From: Chrysomallon squamiferum
Taxonomy: Eukaryota; Animalia; Mollusca
DNA: 64,000 nt
Direction: 5' to 3'
Assembly (NCBI GenBank): GCA_012295275.1
Contig: CM022674.1
Coordinates: 13,082,001-13,146,000 of the forward strand
The translations under genes and the position numbers were made by a program. Below are positions 60,184 to 64,000 of this stretch, one piece after another. The notes beneath the pieces were generated by a model, which worked only from the letters and a program-made list of their open reading frames with translations, made no database searches and was not told where the DNA came from. Numbering within the stretch: the first letter of the stretch is position 1; each line of letters opens with the position of its first letter.

Positions 60184-62333
60184 TATATATTTATTATATT
60201 TTACACAGTTTTATTAAATTTGCATGTGTGTTTTTATTATATTTTTATGTGTATTGTTGGTGTGCATTACCTAACAAGTAAGAAATGTGTGTGCATTGTT
60301 AAGAATGTGTGAATCTTCAACTCCTCAGTCTACTTAAAGATTCTTGTTTCGCTTTGTTAACTTGAGACAGTAGACGTCAGAAAACACAGTCAGCCTATCT
60401 GACAAGAAAATCAGAAATTAAAAAACAAAGTAAACAAACAGACTCAGTTTGAGTGTTTTCTCTAAAAAAAAATTCAAATCAAAAGGTCTCTTCTTTCATG
60501 TCTTTTTTTTTCATAGCTTATGAAATCTTCATAGGAGAGAAAACCTTTGAGATTATTATAGAAAAAAATATATCAAAGAAATGTCTAAAAGCTTTTTATG
60601 TGTGTGTGTGTGTGTGTGTCTGTCTGTGTGTTTGTGTGGGGGTGGGGGGTGTATGTGTGAAGGTGTAAATGTAATATGTGATGGATGGTGTAATTATGTG
60701 CATGTGCGGATGTGTTTGCTTATAAGTTTTATGTATGAATATGTATATTTTTCTAGATATGTATATAAATACACAAACACAGACATACATACACAAACAC
60801 AGACATATACACTTACTTATATATGTATTTTTTTGTTGTCAGTATTGCCTATGAATATATAACTTGATGATTACAAAAACATCACTAAGAAAGTCTACAC
60901 ATTATTATTTTTATTTTTTTTTTTTATGGAAAATTACCAAGATAGCCTCAAGCAAGTCTAGTTCTGTTGACCTCCCCCCGTCATGCGTAACACAAGACAA
61001 TGTTTCATTACTGGGACTGCAGAGTGTCAGAAAGACTTAGGCGTGTCCACCATCAATAATGAAATTCACAAACACAAATTAACTTTTGTAGAGATAATTC
61101 ACACAAACAAAACACAAATAAATAAAAATAAATAAAAAAAATAAATAAAAATTTATATTCAACCAAAGTGCAACAGCTCCATATTTTAATCACCGATTTA
61201 GTTTGACTTCTGTTACCAGTTGGTTATGTTTTATGTGACAATTGAGAATTAATATTAATTTTATCCTTTTTTGAAAAAAAAATATGAAAATTTTTATTTT
61301 ATCTTTGCACGCTTAAAAAGAAAAAAAAAAAAAAAAAAGAAGAAAAAAAAAGAAGATAATACATTTGTTCTGGTTTTAAGCAACAAAGAAAGGCAATTGT
61401 GTTTTTTTTTTTTTTTTTTTTGTGTCTCTGTCTTTCGGTTCATTGTTGCTTGTGGATTAACGAAAACCAACCAAGCCTTAAGGCTTTGAGTAAATTTCAA
61501 TAGATCACTTTAGTTACAAAAATTTTACAAAATTTAAAAAAAAAAAGAAAAAAAAAAAATTAAAAATCAAAAACAATAATAAATACAAAAAAAATAATAT
61601 TATTAAATAATAAAAAATTAAAAACAAAATTTAAAAAAAAATGAATATTGCAGAAAAGAATATGCAGAAGATGAATTGTTTTTAAATTTAATGATTTCAT
61701 TTGTTTCAGTTGCTAGGGGTAACAGTGGGGGGGGACAAGCTGGTTTTTTTAAAACATTAATAAAACAAACAATCATTATCGGTGAATCATCAATGATAAA
61801 ATAAAAATAAAAATCTAGACAAGTTAATTAAAATGAATTGATATCAATTAAGTATTAAACAGAAACGGCAATTCTAAAAAAAATTCATTGTCTAAATTTT
61901 ATTAATATTTATTAATGGCTTTTAATGATAATAATACAGTTGTGCATTCATGCATGCATGTTCATTTGTATTTTTATTTGTGAAGGCTGGCGTACGTGTT
62001 AGTGTGTGTGTGTGTGCATGCATGCATGAATGAATGTGCATACATGCATGTGCACATATACAGGCATTTCTATAAGAATCTTTCACCAGTTTTTAATTTT
62101 AAATTTAAACATGTCAGCTTCTTGAACAATGCATTTAGTAAATAAATAAAATAATAATAATAATAATAACCCACTAACAAAGAAAAAAGGTTTTATGAGA
62201 AATGAAATGGTGACATAATGAACACATTTTAAAAAGTGGTGTTTAAATCTCAAAGGCTGTGGAGTTATGGAAAATGTATATCTGAATAGAAATTGTTTTT
62301 TTTTAATATTTATAGTCTCAGGCACTGTCAGTT

Positions 62334-62382
<49 letters not shown>

Positions 62383-62488
62383 AATACCTAAATAAAGCAA
62401 ATAGAAAAGAATAAAAATGTCTAGTTGTTAAGTATCATGTTTTGACTGTATAATAAATAATACAGTGTTAATAACAATAATGATAATG

Positions 62489-62556
<68 letters not shown>

Positions 62557-63428
62557 TTCAATTTTAATCATGATGATGTTGATGAGGATAATCATGATGA
62601 TAAGACATTTCCAAATGATACGTAGCTCCATAAATATTACCAAATCTTAATTTTAAAAATTTCTTTATCGCATAATGTTCACAAAATACTGAATGGACAA
62701 AAAGAAACAACAAAAAAAAAAAAAACCTTTGTCATGAATAAATGTATGAAAAAGAATTATAATCTTTATACACTTGTTAATGAGCGGTTACATCAGACTG
62801 CCATTGAAAAAAAAACTATACACTGAATCCATCATAAAAATAAAGCACATAATCACTGAGCTATTTTTACCATAACCTTTGTCTTAAAGAAGAAGAAGAG
62901 GAAGAAAAAAATGTCTTGGACAAACTAAAGTATACATGATGAAGAACTTTGGTCAATCAATATATTCAAGAACAGACAAATATTCAAGTACTACTTATTT
63001 AACAGTGTTTTCCATATATCTCCCATTCACATATTGAATAAATTGCTGTATTCAACAGGACGTTTCATACCAGCCATTCATGTGTTGGATAATCACTATA
63101 ATTGAACAGAGCTTTCCTTGCTAACTATTCATATGCTGATCAAGACCTGCATTCAACAGTGTTATTTTTTTTCCTAGACCTACTATTCAAGTGTTGAATA
63201 CATTCTGTATGCGATGTTTTAAGGGAAAATAGATGTAAACAACAATGGAAGGTTTTTTAAAAAGAAGAAGAATCCAGAATTAACATGTCACCTAGTGACT
63301 TCACTTGTCTAGAGTACTTTTGTTGACTTACTTACTTACTAGTATCTTGATGTAATGATGATGTCATTACCCAGTAACATATTGATGTCTTTCCAAAGTG
63401 TGAGAACATATTTATTATTACTTTCCAG

Positions 63429-63775
63429 AGTATAGTGAAATGAAGTAGTACAGTAAAAATGAAGTAGTATAGTGAAATGAAGTAGTATAGTAAAAATGAA
63501 GTAGTATAGTGAAATGAAGTAGTAGAGTAAAAATGAAGTAGTATAGTGTGATGAAGTGGCACAGTTGAAATGAAGTAGTATAGTAAAATAGAGTAGTATA
63601 GTTTGATGAAGTAGTATTGTGAAATGAAGTACTCTAGTGAGATAAAGTAGTACAGTAAAATAAAGTAAAATAGTGAAATGAAGTAATGTAGTGAGATGGA
63701 GTAGTATAGTGAGATGAAGTAGTACAGTAAAAACGAAATAGTACTGTGAAATGAAGTAGTCTAGTAAAATGGACT
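63429..63775. repeat. Minisatellite, 19 x 18/19 bp (AGTATAGTGAAATGAAGT)
   Basis: Units parsed by eye. Explains the TILLHF-repeat ORFs at 63332-63821. Confidence 0.92.
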
Positions 63776-64000
63776 TGAGTAGTAAAACAACAGTGGAATA
63801 ATAAAACGGAATAAAAATCATTCAGTCACATCTCTTAACCAGTTTTACGAGAAACTTCATAAATTTTCAGCTTTGTTCCTTTTTCTTTTTTTTTTTTTTT
63901 TCTTTTTCTTTTTCTTTTTTACCATACAGCCAGGCTGTTTTAAACATTGATTGCAGAAAAATATCAGTTGAAGAAAATTGAATTTATTTTTCGCTGGGTG

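Overview
Eukaryotic (invertebrate-type) genomic DNA, very AT-rich and saturated with microsatellites. The tRNA-derived SINE heads and overall texture suggest a mollusc or other lophotrochozoan, but this is inference. Nearly all ORFs in the supplied track are translations of simple repeats. The one well-supported coding feature is missing from that track: a + strand first exon at 22063-22159 (MAARSRRKLVWLPILLGISGLLNTAILSHARE, signal-peptide-like, phase-1 GTGAGT donor) behind a compact promoter. No convincing exon 2 was found, so intron 1 appears to run >41 kb, off the window. A second CpG-rich promoter at ~4.0-4.5 kb probably drives a minus-strand gene, with three candidate frame-preserving microexons (21, 18, 6 nt) to its left. 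Between the two promoters lie ~18 kb of CpG-rich, enhancer-like modules with a recurrent AGCAGACGA motif. The + strand intron looks CpG-poorer and holds many degenerate minisatellites, as expected for gene-body methylation. No prokaryotic features, CRISPR array, tRNA/rRNA gene or autonomous transposon ORF was seen. I could not establish a novel system. The findings are hypotheses read by eye, and counts are manual.
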